From assembly GCA_039096225.1 (NCBI GenBank), contig JBBPEB010000003.1, positions 806,001 through 870,000 on the forward strand: 64,000 bases of DNA. Reading direction: 5' to 3'. This document shows positions 1-17,181 of this stretch, in pieces; position 1 is the first letter of the stretch; every line of letters starts with the position of its first letter. Below the pieces are notes generated by a model that was not told the DNA's origin, did not search any database, and saw only the letters and a list, made by a program, of their open reading frames with translations. The translations under genes and the position numbers were made by a program. The DNA is from Blastocystis sp. Blastoise. Taxonomy: Eukaryota; Protista; Bigyra: Opalinata.

Positions 1-1479
1 TATTAATTTTGAAGCTATATTATCACGTATTTTTAATTGTGTTCCTGAATTAATGAAAAAATTTATTGAAAATGAAAATGTGAATCCTTATATGTATATT
101 ACTTGGGTATATATTTATATTTATATTATAATTAAATATATGCTATATATATAAACATTATTATTATTATTATTCTCAATATCTATAATTCTATATATAT
201 ATATAGATTATAGAGTTTGAGTATTTATTAAGTAGAAAAGATATATTTTCAAAGGATGGAAGTATAATGAATACTCTTAAAGGCATATATCAAACTATTA
301 TTGATGTTTATAATCATTACTGGGGTATATATATAATATATATATATATTATTTATATACAAGTATTAATAAATATATATATATTATATATATATCATTC
401 TATAGATGGTACATTAAAGTTTTTATCTGAATATACTGTTGATATTCGTCATATGGGAATACTTGGTCCAATTCACGTTCTTCCCGCGGTTATTGATCGT
501 TATTTATATGCATATCATTTAGGTTCAAAACGTATAGTAGAATTAGAAGGAATAATTGATGGATATAAACAAATGGGGGGTAAATTACAATCGGTATATA
601 TAGAACTATGTAAACAAAATAATATCGAAATAAAAGATTATGAAAAAAGTAAATATGTTAATGGTGAGTGTTTACAATTATTAACTGAATTATGTCAAAC
701 TATACATGATCGTGTTATTCTATTATCTACTACTAAACCTAAATATCAAGATATGTTAAAAGTACAAAATTTTTATTTTATGAATCGTACACTTGTACCT
801 CGTCATATTCAAGGTATTAATACTATTATGAAACAATGTGATAATGATTATAATGCTGTATATATATATATATATATATTATTATTATTATTATTACGTT
901 TATTATAAGAATATTTTTTTTGTATTTTTTTTTAAATAATTGTTATCTTATATATTATGTACTATATAATAAGAATTATATATATATATAGAGTCGTGTA
1001 AAATATGTTCAATGGGTATTATCTTCATCATTTCCTAGTTATATGAAATTATATACTACTATATTAAAATTATTAGAAAATAAATCCATTCAAGATATAC
1101 CTCATTATATTTCACGTTCACAATTTACAAATACATTTACTATTAAATCTCCTCGTAAACCAATTAAAAAGTTACATGCACGTGTCAAGAAACATATTCA
1201 TGAAGAATCTGGACTTCTCATGCCCGTTTGGGAAACAATTACTGTATATTAATTATTATTATACTTATTATTATTATTATACTTATTATTATTATTATAC
1301 TTATTATACTTTTATTATACTTATTGTTTATTCTATATATATATATATATATTTATATACAGCGTACCTTTGAAGATTATTGTCGTGAGATTCAGAATTG
1401 GTCAACTCAGGGATATAACGGCGCACGTGTTACTCCTTCTCCTGAGGATCTTGTTCAAATTATGTCTTCTCTACAATAA
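1..1479 (+). CDS. SEC3: Exocyst complex component Sec3/EXOC1, 3' part (5' end outside window), 5 visible exons
   Basis: GT-AG introns at about 107-206, 325-405, 858-991 and 1244-1362 give a continuous frame. The C-terminus KPIKKLHARVKKHIHEESGLLMPVWETITRTFEDY...GY..ARVTPSPEDLVQIMSSLQ resembles the Sec3 C-terminal signature (KKVDKHL.EE..LL.VVW). MGILG and KYQDMLKVQNFYF also fit Sec3. Confidence 0.75.
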
Positions 1480-2123
1480 ATATATATTTATATTTATATA
1501 TTATTATTATACTATTTATATATATAAACTATATTTTATAGTTTATTATTATTATATGTCAAATAATAATATATAATAATAATAATTAATTGTCATATAA
1601 TTAAAAATATATTTGTAACTATTTTATTTTTCATGTTTCTATTGTTTTGTACATTATGGTATTTTATTTATTTATTTTTACTTTTTTTTATATATAATAA
1701 AAGCATTTATATATATATGAATTTATTTTTTTTTACATTTCTTTAGCTTTTCTATCATTTATATGAAAATAATATTTTTTCTCTTTAGATGTGTTTTGTT
1801 TAAATATATGATATATATATTTTTCAGTTATTATAACAATTTCTTGAGTTTAAATATAAGAGTTTTTATATATAATTTTTTCAAACAATGAAAAATAAAT
1901 TGATATATTATATAAATAATAATTTTTATGAATCTTATAAATATTTAAAAATACAAAAACACAATTATAGTATAAAACTAGATAATTATTTTTATTTACA
2001 AGAAAAAGGAAATACTATATACAAGGAAATAAAAAATAATATATATACATCTGGAATATATATTACATATAAATAATATATTAAAAACTAAAAAGAAAAC
2101 GTATATTTCTTTATTATTTCAAA

Positions 2124-4545
<2,422 letters not shown>

Positions 4546-4929
4546 CTAAACAAATATTTAAGATAACCAATGATATTTCTTAATTAATCCGATGATATAT
4601 ATATTAAATACCCTTTTAATTATTGATAAAAGCAATAAAAAAGAAAAATAGATAAATACAAATCAATTTTATAAAACTATTTTGTTTCTTTCGGTGAGTT
4701 ATTCGGATTTCCCATAATTCTAGTAATACCATGTTGGGTATTGAAAAGTGTAATGAAATAGCGACATTTCTTTGTTGGGATGCCCGCAAGGAAATAAATT
4801 GTTGAGTATTGAGTAAAATAAAAAAAAAGAAAAAAAAAAAAAAACTAGAATTTTGGATTTTTTTGTTCATTGTTTTTATAAAAAATAATTGTATAATATT
4901 ATACATATCTTAGTTTTAGTTAATATACG

Positions 4930-7422
4930 ATGCCTCGAGATTTAGAAAGAGAAGCTCTTGTAGATTCAAGTCAATTTGTAGAGAAAGGGATGATAACATT
5001 CTTTGGAAAAGAAAGAAATCTTCACTGCTCCATTTCGCAAGAAAGACTGGTTTTATATCCTGAAAGTTGGTTGTATAAAAGTTGGTTGAAAAAGAATCAA
5101 GCGATAAATGGTGAGTTTTTCACTGGATTTTCTGAACGGAATTTGGAATTAATTATTGCACATATGAAAGGAGAACATGTTGATATAGATATGAAAGATA
5201 ATGAAGAAATATCTATATTAGTTGCTGATTTTCAGGATTTAAATGTTCCACTTCCTTTATATTTAACAGAAAGAATTTCAAAACAGAAATGGAATGATGG
5301 CTCTAAAGGTATCTATACAAATATAACAACATTAATTAATGATCTTACAAAACAGAAAAGTGATCTAAATTCAATTTCAAATAGTAATAATGAGCAAACA
5401 GTCATTTTGAATAAGTTACTTGGTTTAATAAATCAATTAATAAGTGATAATAAAATTCTTAAAGATGATAGTATTAGTTTAAAGAATGATATGAAAGGTA
5501 TTAAAGATGATAATAATAGTATAAAAAATGATATGAAAGGTATTAAAGATGATAATAATAGTTTAAAGAATGATATGAAAGGTATTAAAGATGATAATAA
5601 TAGTGTGAAGAATGATATAATAATGATAAAATCAAAAATTGATAAGATAAATAATAATAATTGTATTATAAACTGTGATCAAAATGATATTAAAAACATC
5701 AATAAACAACATGAATATAATAATAATATAAATAACGAAAAAGAAAACTTCTTAGATTCTAATGATAATAAAAATATATCTAATATTAGACCTATTTCTC
5801 CTAATAATTTACATTTTTCTCCTCCTCCTCCTATGAATGATCTTCATATTAATCGTATTTCAAATAACTCCTCAATTCATCCTCTTCCTATTTGTCCTCC
5901 TATGAATGATATTTATATTAATGATATGTTAGATATTGACTCAGTTTCTCCTCCTCCTATGAATGATCTTTCTATTAATCGTATTTCAAATAACTCCTTA
6001 ACTCCTCCTCCTCCTTTTCTTCCTCTTCCTATGGATGATATTCCTATTAATCGTATTTCAAATAATAACTCAATTTCTCCTCCTCCTCCTCCTATGAATG
6101 ATCTTTCTATTAATCGTATTTCAAATAACTCCTTAACTCCTCCTCCTCCTTTTCTTCCTCTTCCTATGGATGATATTCCTATTAATCGTATTTCAAATAA
6201 TAACTCAATTTCTCCTCCTCCTCCTATGAATGATCTTCATATTAATCGTATTTCAAATAACTCCTTAACTCCTCCTCCTCCTTTTCTTCCTCTTCCTATG
6301 GATGATATTCCTATTAATCGTATTTCAAATAATAACTCAATTTCTCCTCCTCCTCCTCCTATGAATGATCTTCATATTAATCGTATTTCAAATAACTCCT
6401 TAACTCCTCCTCCTCCTTTTCTTCCTCTTCCTATGGATGATATTCCTATTAATCGTATTTCAAATAATAACTCAATTTCTCCTCCTCCTCCTCCTATGAA
6501 TGATCTTTCTATTAAATATATGTTAGATAATAACTTACTTCCTCGTCCTTCTCTTGATAATCCTATTAGTTTTATTTTGGATAATGACATAATTTCTCAT
6601 CCTCCTATGAATGATCTTCCTATTAAACCTATTTTAGATAATAATTCTCTTTCTCTTTCTTCTCCTTCTGTTTCTCCTTCTCATTTAAAACATCTTTCTC
6701 CATCTTTTCTTGAAAATAATGTTTCTAATTCTCTTGTTAAATCTCATGATAATAATAATAAAGTTAAAGATACTTCATTTGATAAGAGTATAATATTAAA
6801 TGATAGTTTTCAATATATATCTTCATTAACTGATTGGCTTGGTAAAGAAAAGAAATGGAAATTGTTATTTAGGTATATTATTATTTATACAGTTTTATTC
6901 TATTCTTTTATTATATAGAGCAAGTGAACATAATTATTCTGTACGTGAATTCCATAAATATTGTGATAATCAAGGAGAAACAGTGACTTTAATCAAACAT
7001 ATAGGTCATAATAATCTTATTAATATATTTGGAGGATATACAGATCAAAATTGGAATAGTTCAAATCGTATATTTATTGTTTTTATATAATTATTATTCT
7101 ATATATAGGTGAAAAACCTTATTCTAAAGAGTTTATATTTTCTTTATCTAATGAACATCGTATTTCTCCTACTAAATATTATTATACAAGCAGTGATACC
7201 GATTGTGGTATATATTGTTGTACATTTAATGGTCCAACATTTGGATGTGGTGATATTACTATATGCGATAATTGCCATGATGATGAACAATCGTTTTGTC
7301 TTGCTGTTTCATTTGGAGAAATAAATACTCGAGAACAAAGTTCATTATTTGTAAATACAAATAAACCAGATGCTTATAATTTATTCAAAGTTGATGATTA
7401 TGAAATATGGGGAAGAACTTAA
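4930..7422 (+). CDS. BTB/POZ-like + coiled-coil + Pro-rich tandem repeat + C-terminal TLDc domain protein
   Basis: The N-terminus ISQERLVLYPESWLYK..FSERNLELIIAHM is BTB-like. After introns 6873-6918 and 7068-7108 the frame gives TLDc motifs WKLLFRASEH..FHKYCDNQGETVTLIK..IFGGYT..W, EFIFSL, GPTFG.GDI.I and FKVDDYEIW. Stop TAA at 7420-7422. Confidence 0.85.
5950..6515 (+). repeat. Coding tandem repeat, about 4 copies of ~135 nt (MNDL.INRISNNSLTPPPPFLPLPMDDIPINRISNNNSISPPPPP)
   Basis: Near-identical units that differ mainly in the number of CCT codons. A separate 42-nt repeat (KNDMKGIKDDNNS) lies at about 5460-5615. Confidence 0.95.
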
Positions 7423-8087
7423 AAATAAGAATTCTTTTTAAATCATAATAGTTCATATATCCTATATTATTACTTATTAACCAAATAGATATTGATTAAT
7501 ATTTTTTTAAATGTTTTTAGTTATAGTTTTTTTATATGTATCATAATTTATTATTTATATTATAATATTTTTCTGTTAGAAATTTCATTAATCTATTAGT
7601 ATAAATGATGATAGTATATTCTTCTTTTCAAGGTCATATACATTTTTTCTTCATTATTTACTGGTTAATTTGTTTCTTTATTATTCCTCTTGGAGTATTC
7701 TAAATTCTTAATAAGAATTAATATAACACCACAATAATATCTAGAAAAAAAATAAGTCTTAATCTGATTGGATACTGACTAATAATCAGATCACCGTTAG
7801 ACATTTATTATGTAAAATCATATTTTTTTTAAAGTTCATAATTCTATCTAGTATTATTGGATGCAACAGTTCATATAGTCAAAACAAACCATTTTCTTTT
7901 GTTTTAATTCATGATAACATTTGGTTCTTCATTTGTTACATACATATATTATTCTGTAAATAACAAAAAAAAAAAATAAACAATAAATATCACAGCAAAG
8001 AAGAATTATATATAATGAATATAAATACTACTAAATGACTTTATAAAAATATATAAATAATGTATAAAATAAAATATATAATTGTTA

Positions 8088-11000
8088 TTATATAGGAGCA
8101 ACATATGGGACTTGTACCGGTGCAACTACAGGTGCAACTGCAGGTGCAATTACAGGTGCAACTACAGGTGGAACAGTATGTGGTTTTAATTTTCTATTCT
8201 TTTTTGATTTCGTTGTAATTAATAAAATACAAGTAATTATTAAAGTCACAATAAGTATTATAATACTTATAATTAAGATTATAGTAATAATTGAGATAGA
8301 ATTACCTGTTGATACTATTTCTCCATTAATTGAAATACCAGTAATTCTCTTAAGATTAGAATCATTACTTGCTTTACATGATTTAAAAAGAATAGAATCA
8401 CTACCTGTAAATAAAGTATTTATATCATTCTTTATATTATCTTCATCAGATTTATTAACAGTTATTCTTACATTAACTGAAACACCATCAGTATAAGTAG
8501 ATGAACTAGAAACACTAATAATCTTTACACTAGAAGAAGGAATAGAATAACTAGCAAGTGATTGAACTATAAGTGTTCTAAAGGTTTCAGTTGTAGAAGG
8601 AACATTAAAATCAGTATCCGTTAATCCTTCAAGTTTAATGGAAAAATTTATAAAGACTTTATCATCAGTAGGATTTTCTTGAGAATTATACATAAAACAA
8701 TCAGAACTATCAGCAATTTGCCAAGAAGCAGTACCAACACCAGTATTTTGACAAACACGACTTTGAATACCGGATTGACCTAAAGGACATCCAATATAAG
8801 CAGTTATACCTCTTTCTGTAATAGGCCAAATACCATCAGAAGGACAATAAACAATACTTATCGTAATAGTAATAGTAGCAGTTGATTCTCCTCTAGAGTT
8901 AGAAACAGTAATAGAATAACTATTAGTAGAAGAAGAAGTAGGTGTACCATATATCAAACCATTTTGAGTATTAAAAATGAATCCATCAGGAAGAGAAGGA
9001 GATATAGTAAGATCATTAAGACTACCACCAGTAATAGAAGCAATAATAGGAGTAATAGCATCATCTTTATATCCAATAATAGTATTTGTATTATAAGAAA
9101 TGGAAGGCATCTTTAATTCGCAATTATTAATAATATCTCCCCAAACAGCAGGATATTCAAGTTTACATAACCTTGTTCTGAATCCTTCATAATTAATAGG
9201 ATCTTCGCATGGTAAAGTAGCTTGTTGACCAATTTCTGTAATAGGCCAAATAGTATCACTAGGACAATTAGCAACACTAATAGTAATGGTAATGGTAACC
9301 GTAGAATGATCTCTTGTATTAGATATAATAATAATATAGCTTTCAGAAGAAGCAGAATTAGGTGTACCATAAATTAATCCAGTAATAGGACTTAATATTA
9401 ATCCATCAGGAAGAGGAGGAGATATAGAAAGAGGATTCAGATTACCTCCAGTAATAGAAGCTATAACAGGAGTAATAGCAATATTTTTATATCCAGTTAT
9501 AGTAGCTATATCATATATTATTGTAGGCATTTTTAATTCACAATTATTAATAACATCCTCCCAAACAGCAGGATATTCTAGTTTACATAATCTTGTTCTA
9601 GAACCTTCATAATTAATAGGATCTTCACAAGGTAATGTGGTTTGTTGACCAATTTCAGTCATAGACCAACCATTTTCAGCAACACAAGATACAGTACTAA
9701 TAGTAATAGTAATAGTAGCAGTAGATTCTCCTCTTCCATTAGAGATAGTAATAGTATAACTATTAGATATATCAGAAGTAGGTGTACCATAAATCAAACC
9801 ATTTTGAGTATTAAATATTAATCCATCAGGAAGAGAAGGATTAATAGAAAGAGGATCAAGATTACCACCATTAATAGAAGCAGCCACAGAATTAATAGCA
9901 ATATTTTTATATCCAGTTATAGTAGTAGTTGTATAAGAAATTGAAGGCATCTTTAATTCGCAACCATCAACAACAGAGTCCCAAACAGCAGGATAATCAA
10001 GTTGACATAATCTAGTTCTAGAACCTTCATAATTAATAGGATCTTCGCATGGTAAAGTAACTTGTTGACCAGCTTCAGTAATAGGCCAATTATCATCAGC
10101 AAGACAAGAAGCAGTATCAATTTGAATCATAATAGTAGTAGTAACAGAACCAGCAGTATTAGTAGCAGTAACAGTATAAGTAGTAGCATCAGAATTAGTA
10201 GTAGGTGTACCAGAAATCGTGCCATCAGAAGGATTAATAGTAAGACCATTAGGAAGAGCAGGATAAATAGTAAAAGTTAATTCAATACCAGTTACACTAG
10301 CATCAAGAGATACAGGTATATTTTTATGATAAATAAAAGGAGAACCAATATAAGTAAGATCAGTAGGAGCAATTAAAGTACATAGTTGTTCAACTTCACC
10401 AAATACAGCTGCAGTACATAATCTTCTTTGAATACCAGCATAACCAATAGGACATTCTTGGAATGAATAACCACCTTCAACAGCAGGTCCCCAAGTACCA
10501 TCAGCTATACAAGAAGAAGTAGTACTAGTAATATATAAACCAAATTCAGATAATTGAAATCCATCACTACAAGTATTTCCATCAAGAGGAGTATTACTAC
10601 ATTCAGTAGCAATAAATCGATAGGAATTATAAGGTTGAGAAGCATAGAAATCATAAGAGAATGTTTGTTTATAAGAGGTAAAAAGTTGTTGGTGTTCATG
10701 ATCTAATAAAGTCCAAGTAATACCATTATCATTAGAACCTTCAATTCTCCAACTAGAAGGAGATTTTTGATTGCAATTATTGCCATTCGTAATCTTATAA
10801 TGATTAATAAATTCTTTACGACCATTATTGAATGCATATTGATAAATAGCACCAACGCATCGTGGACCACTAACAACCTTTGTATTTAAATTATTATCAA
10901 ATAACTTATCAGTACCTTCAGAATCAGTCTTTTCAATATCAGACCAAGCAACACCATCAGTTACTCTATATTCACCAGAAGCAATAAAAGAAACAACACT

Positions 11001-14000
11001 TGTGAAATTATTGGTAGTAGGAAGAGTATCTTTCTTGTGAATCTCAATAGCAATAACATTAGTACCAACAACAAGAATAGGACTAATAAGTATAGAAACA
11101 GAACTAATAATAGAAATACTAGAAATAAATTCATCAGTAGCAACAGTATTATAATCAACAGCACCAGTAGGCATATTAATTCTTCTGATTTCATTACCAT
11201 TAAGATAAACAATCATACCAGCATAAGTACTAGCACTAATATCAATTCCAGCAAAATCAGGATTAATAGTAGAAAGAGTGAAAGTAGTTCTATAATATTG
11301 AGTAGTACCAGTAGGAACAGATAAAGATCCAGCAATACCAGAAGACCAATCAGTATCAGAGAAAGTAGCAGTATTCCAATCAGAAGGAGCTTCAATACCA
11401 GAATTTAAGTATTTCCAATGATGAGAACTAGAAACAATCCTACCAATGCTTAGAATAACAGTCTTAGGAGATTCACCATTAGCAACCGTACCAGAGACAA
11501 GAGCAGTTGTGTCATCTTCAATATAAACAGAATAAGTACCAGAACCCCAACCATCATTGCTTCCATCAGCTAATTCTAAATAATATACACCAATAATTCT
11601 ACAATAAACGAAATCTTGTGTAGAATAATCAGCAGAAGTATATCTTGAATCAATAATTTTATCAGTAGAGTCTTTAAGAGTCCAAGAAGCTTCATTAGCA
11701 TGATGAGTAAAATAGAAAGATAATTTGAAAAAATTATTAGGAAAACTACAAGCAATTACAGAGAATGTAATAGTAGTAGTAGTAGTTTGTCCTTTAATAC
11801 TCTTAGCAGTAATTTTATAAGTAGTAGGAGCTAATAGAGTAGTAGGAATACCATTGAAATAGCCATTAGAATGATCTATAGTAACACCAATAGGAAGAGC
11901 AGGAGAAACAGTAAAATCATAATAATATTCAGAAGAAACCACAAGATCAGGAATAATAGCATCCTTATAAGCAACAAGATTAGAAGGTGTAAAACCAAAA
12001 GGAGGAATAATAACAGATTCAGTATTTTCAATTAAGAATTCCCATTCAGAAAAAGCATATTTATTATTCTCTTCAATAACAACAGCTTTAGTAACAGCAA
12101 TCTTATAATTAACATAAGCTTTAGTAGAACCAAGAGCATAGAAACATCTTCTTTGTTGTCTTTCTTTCCAAGAAACATTAGTTTGAGAAGTAATAGAAGT
12201 CCAAGTAGTACCATCCATAGAACCATAAATAGTCCAATCAGCAGGATCATATTGAGGAGAATCTCTATTTGAAATTAGGCAATATTTATTCATATAAATA
12301 GCTATCTTATTATTAAATTGAACGGTAACCCATCTTTCACTAATAGAATCATGAGAAGGAGTAATCCAACGAGTATAAGGATTAGAATCAAAAAGATTAG
12401 CAGGATTACCATCAGAGAAAACACCACTAGAAGCATAATAGCCATCAGAAGCATTTTGAATGACGTTAGAATCACCAAGAAGATGGAATAAACCATCAAA
12501 ATCCACTTTATAAGAGCCAGTACCAAAATTAACAAGAGCAATAGCTACAGTAACAGAATTACCATTAGAAAGAGTAGTCATAGGACCAGATACAGATCTC
12601 CATAAGAAAGAGGAATCACCACTAGTAGCAACAGTAGTTGTAGTAATTTCACCATTAGCAACATTATTTCTATAAACCTCATTACCATTTATATAAATAA
12701 CACAACCAGCTTTAGATTTAAAGAATAATTCCCAACCAACCATATTAGTCTTAGAAATAATAGTAAAAGAATTTCTAAGAAGAATAATATTTTGAGTAAC
12801 AGAAAGAAGAGGATCATAGTATACTGGAAGCCAAGAAGCATCATAGAAAGAAGCAGTCTTCCAATTAACATCAGTAGAAGCACCTTGTTGATATTTCCAA
12901 ATAGATCTACGACCAATATCAAGACGTGTATTAACATAATAAGTAGTAGTAGTACCAGTGAATAAATACATACGAGCAATTCTATGTTTAGTAGTAAGAT
13001 CATATTTTAATGAAACATCAAGATAAGCACCGTTTTCCCAACCATTATCATTATCATCGAAAAGAACAAATTTCCAACGACCAGCAACTTGACATTCATT
13101 TAATACTTGACTCGCACCATTATTAATGCCTTGAATTGTAGCAATTTGAGTATTATCTTCGGAATAGATAACAACACGTTCATCTTTAGAAGTCGATTTA
13201 TTTACTGTAGTAATAACTACTTGAGCCATAATAGGTTGTTGACAAGAAGTAATTCTAATAGTCATAGCATAAGTAGTACGAGCATTAGTAACACCATCAA
13301 TAGCACTAATAGTATATGTTTGAGTGAATGAAATCGTAGTTACAGAACCATAAATATCACCATTAGTAGAATCAAAATTTAATCCAGTAGGTAAAGTAGG
13401 AGTAATAGTATAAGTATGAATACCACTTGAAATAGGAGAAACATATATATATGTATAAGTATAAATACTTAGAGTATGAGAAGGATATTGAAGACCAGGA
13501 GCAACTAGAGGTTGATTTGTAACAAAAGTACGAATTTCAGCTAATTGAGTAACAACCTCAGAATAATTATATAATATATCCAGCTTGATCCGATTAAAAA
13601 GTTTTCTATTAGAAGGAATATTAAATACATAGATAGTACTTCTATCATAAAATATATTATTAATAACATGATCTAATAATATCCAAGTAATGCCATCATC
13701 TTCAGAACCATAGAATTTCCATTCTTGTGGATCTCTTGTTTGCATATCATTAGCAGAAGTGATTTGATAAGCATTAAACCAAGTTTTAGATCCATTAGGA
13801 AGTGCAATAGTAATAGTACTACCATAATATCTAAAGGAGTATTTAGTATTATCAGAATCATCAGCAACATTTTCACAAATGTCACTTGTATTTTCGTTTT
13901 CAGCAGAACAAGTAGCAGTACCACCAGCAGTAACAACTTCACCAGCTAGAAAAAAAATGATAATTCGTTATTATTATAATATTCTTAATAGATTATAATA

Positions 14001-15142
14001 GATATCATTGAATAAAATTAGATTTATAGTAAAAAGATATATATATGTATATATAAGAATATAATAATAATATACTAGTAGAAACAATAGGAGTAGCGAA
14101 AACATCAAAGACATCAGCAGTATTTAATTGAGAAGAATGAGAGTGAACTTCAACAGCTACAGCTAAAGCCGTACCTGAGGTAATATAAAGAGAGAGAGGA
14201 ACGACAATTCTTTATATATAATATTAATAAATATATGTATTATATATAATAGAATAAATATTTACGTTTTCCAAGTAGCTTCTGCTTCAGTAGTTAAAGA
14301 AGCAGTATTAGAATCAGATACACTATATATAAAATATATAATTATTTTATAATTATTATATATATGTTTATAAATAGAAAATAGTGATATATATGTTGTA
14401 TATAAATGAACAAAACAAAAAAGCACTTACTTAGGTAAACCAATACGAGAAGCTTCAACACCATTTATATAAACAATAAATCCAGAATTTGTTTTAATAT
14501 TAATACGTAGAGCATAAGCGGAAGCATCAGAAATAGAAGAAGAATATCTATAATAACGAGTAGTAGTAGAAACAAGAGGAAAAGCACCAGGAGAATAAGA
14601 ATTCCAATTGGAATCATAAAAATTCATTTGAGTCCAAGAAGTATAAGTTTGAGCAGTAGTAGAAGTTTTCCAAGTGGAACCAGGAAGAATAGGGATATTT
14701 ACTATATGAAAATATATTGAATTAATATTATTTAAATATGAACAAATTATCATATTTATATGTAAATAATTCTATCCATAGTAATAAAAATATATACAAG
14801 TGAATTGCTGTAATTTAGGAGTATCTAAAGAAATGTCACCTTTATTTATTCTCATAGTAAAGATTATAATATTATTATAAACAATATAAAGATAAGAACC
14901 ATAAGGCCAGAAATCATGGAAACTAAAATTATTATACAATTATGATAATTATTGTTTTCCATTAAATAACAAAAAAAAATTTTTTTTAATAATAATTGAA
15001 CATACCTATCGTACATTGCTACAGTATAAATACAGTCCATTTCAATACAAACTTCGAATTCTACAGTACTACCACTGATATCGTTAAAAGTACCATGTCC
15101 TTCACTATTAGGCATTTTTCCCCTGCAAAAACTCTCGTGCAT
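8088..15142 (-). CDS. Large single-pass surface protein: discoidin/CBM32-like modules, putative Ig (He_PIG-like) repeats, Cys-Trp HRM-like repeats, TM helix, short tail; 5' end unresolved
   Basis: The 1885-aa ORF extends upstream through in-phase exons at about 13745-13946, 14076-14209, 14268-14323, 14431-14701, 14799-14922 and 15007-15142. Motifs: DPxxWxxxGSxDGxTWxxLD (x3), LPxGLxxNxxxGxIxGTPT (multiple) and CxxDxxWPxTxxGxxxxLPC..G.RxRxC..W...C (x5). TM IITIILIISIIILIVTLIITCILLI is followed by a basic stop-transfer segment. Confidence 0.85.
9110..10110 (-). repeat. 420-nt (140-aa) coding tandem repeat of HRM-like + Ig-like units
   Basis: TAATTAATAGGATCTTC recurs at about 9190, 9610 and 10030. 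The protein repeats LPCEDPINYEGxRTRLCxLxYPAVW three times. Confidence 0.9.
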
Positions 15143-16499
15143 GAGATTTTGTCATCAGATTAAATAAGAATTTTTCAGCTTAGTTATAAACACGGGGAAT
15201 AACCTTAATATATATGATAAATTGACGGGAATATATAAAAATTCTTTATTAATGAACCAATAAAAATGTTTTTTTAATTGATATTAGCCAATGGAACATA
15301 TTTAAAATCAACAAAACGATTGGATAATTATTTAAGTATTAACATACAGAGAAAAAAACAAAGAAAACAAGCAAAAAAAGAAGAGAAAAAAGAAAAACAA
15401 AAAATAAAAGAAGAGAAAAATTATTTAGCTTTGTTACCATGCTATCTAGACACCTATAAACATTCGATAGCAGTACAGAATAATTCAGCACCTATATATA
15501 AAGAAATGGTAAGAATGTAAAATATAAAAGGTAATATAAGTATATACTATTGAGAAGAATCATTGCAATGAACCACGGTTGAGCTATTTGATCTTCCTAC
15601 AATTGCTTTCCAATTGCAGTTTTTTTGATATTTTGAGTTGATAATGATATAATAAACCTAATTCATAACTGTATTCATTTGCTTATTATTTTGATGATAT
15701 AAAGAAGCCTATATACTATTATATGTATAAAATAATAAAAATACATTTTATTAAACCTTTATTATATATTTTTGAAATATGAATAAAAGAAATATTTATG
15801 TAAAGATTGAAAATTATAAAAAAAAAATTAGCAGGGGTGGGGGTAAAAGAGAATCTTTTTATTTATTTATAAGAATTTCATAAAAATTTGATTTAAATCC
15901 AGGAGATAGATGAAAACGTCCGTTTTTCTCTTTTTTATACTAAAAAGTCTTTGTTAAACAAAAGTCTATTAATAAAGTATTAAATGAGTTGTATACGTTT
16001 ATTTATTGTTTGTAATGACGTTTAAAGACCACTGGCAAAACAATTTAAAGATTTTCAGAGAATGAAGTCATAATTACTCTTATGTATGAATTCTATGGAT
16101 ATAATAATATGACATAATTGATAAGAACAGAGTAAATTATAAAATAAGAGAATTTATATGTCTTTATGTTTGTCTAATTAGTACATTCTTTAAAAAAAAT
16201 TGTTTTTATTTTTCTATGATTATTATAATAGAAATATGTTTCTATGAATAATTTAAACAAAATAATAAATACAATTTAAATTGTTATACGAGAAATATAT
16301 CAAAAATAATAGATAATAATAAAACACTGTATCTTTATAAGAAAAGTAAATAATAACATAAAATTATCATGCAGTTTAATATAAATCAGTTTTGAATCAT
16401 AAATATATGATTTAAATGAATAATGATATTATAACAATAGGAGAATAAATATTTATTCATCGAATACATAATATATATGTGGTAATAGAAGGAGGAAGA

Positions 16500-17132
16500 A
16501 GAGTAGTTATTATATAGTGTATTATTTCTCTATAGGCTATTACTTTTTATATATTAAAAAAATAGAAAGAGTAGAATAAAAGGAGATAATAAATGATACA
16601 TAATAGTATACTGAAGTTTCTTTTGAAATAGATAATATAATATTATATATATTCAATTCAATAAGCTTATATAATTGTATATATATATATGTATATATAT
16701 ATATACCCATAAAGTAGTTCTTCTCCCATCGATAATCGTTGTTTCAATACAAATGTAAGTGTAGAATATTTAATATAATGTTTATATCTATCTTGTAATC
16801 GTTCTAAACCATAGACAACACAATATTTCTTTTCTTCTTTAGATAATATACTATATCCTTATGATACTATATATTTATTTCTATAAAGCCATTAATAAGA
16901 TATGCTTTTGCATAAAAACAATTCCAATATAATTTATTATCAAAACTCGCAATTCGAACACAGCATTCCGTTAACTTCTGCCAAAAACGATTCCATCTTA
17001 AATAATAAAGGCCAAATATATGATTTACTAAACACATAGGATAACATTCAGGTAAGGATTTCGTTAATAGCATTTGAACTGCTTTCTCTATATATGCATT
17101 TCTTATACGTTCTTCTGTTAAAGATACCTATA

Positions 17133-17181
<49 letters not shown>

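Noticed and set aside
1-110. TBC/Rab-GAP-like motif (VPELMKK..VNPYMYITW)
   Set aside because: The downstream exons of the same gene match Sec3 much better.
5950-6515. CRISPR-like array (also 56185-56405 and 59215-59595)
   Set aside because: These are tandem repeats without unique spacers, either coding or intronic, with no cas genes in a eukaryotic context.
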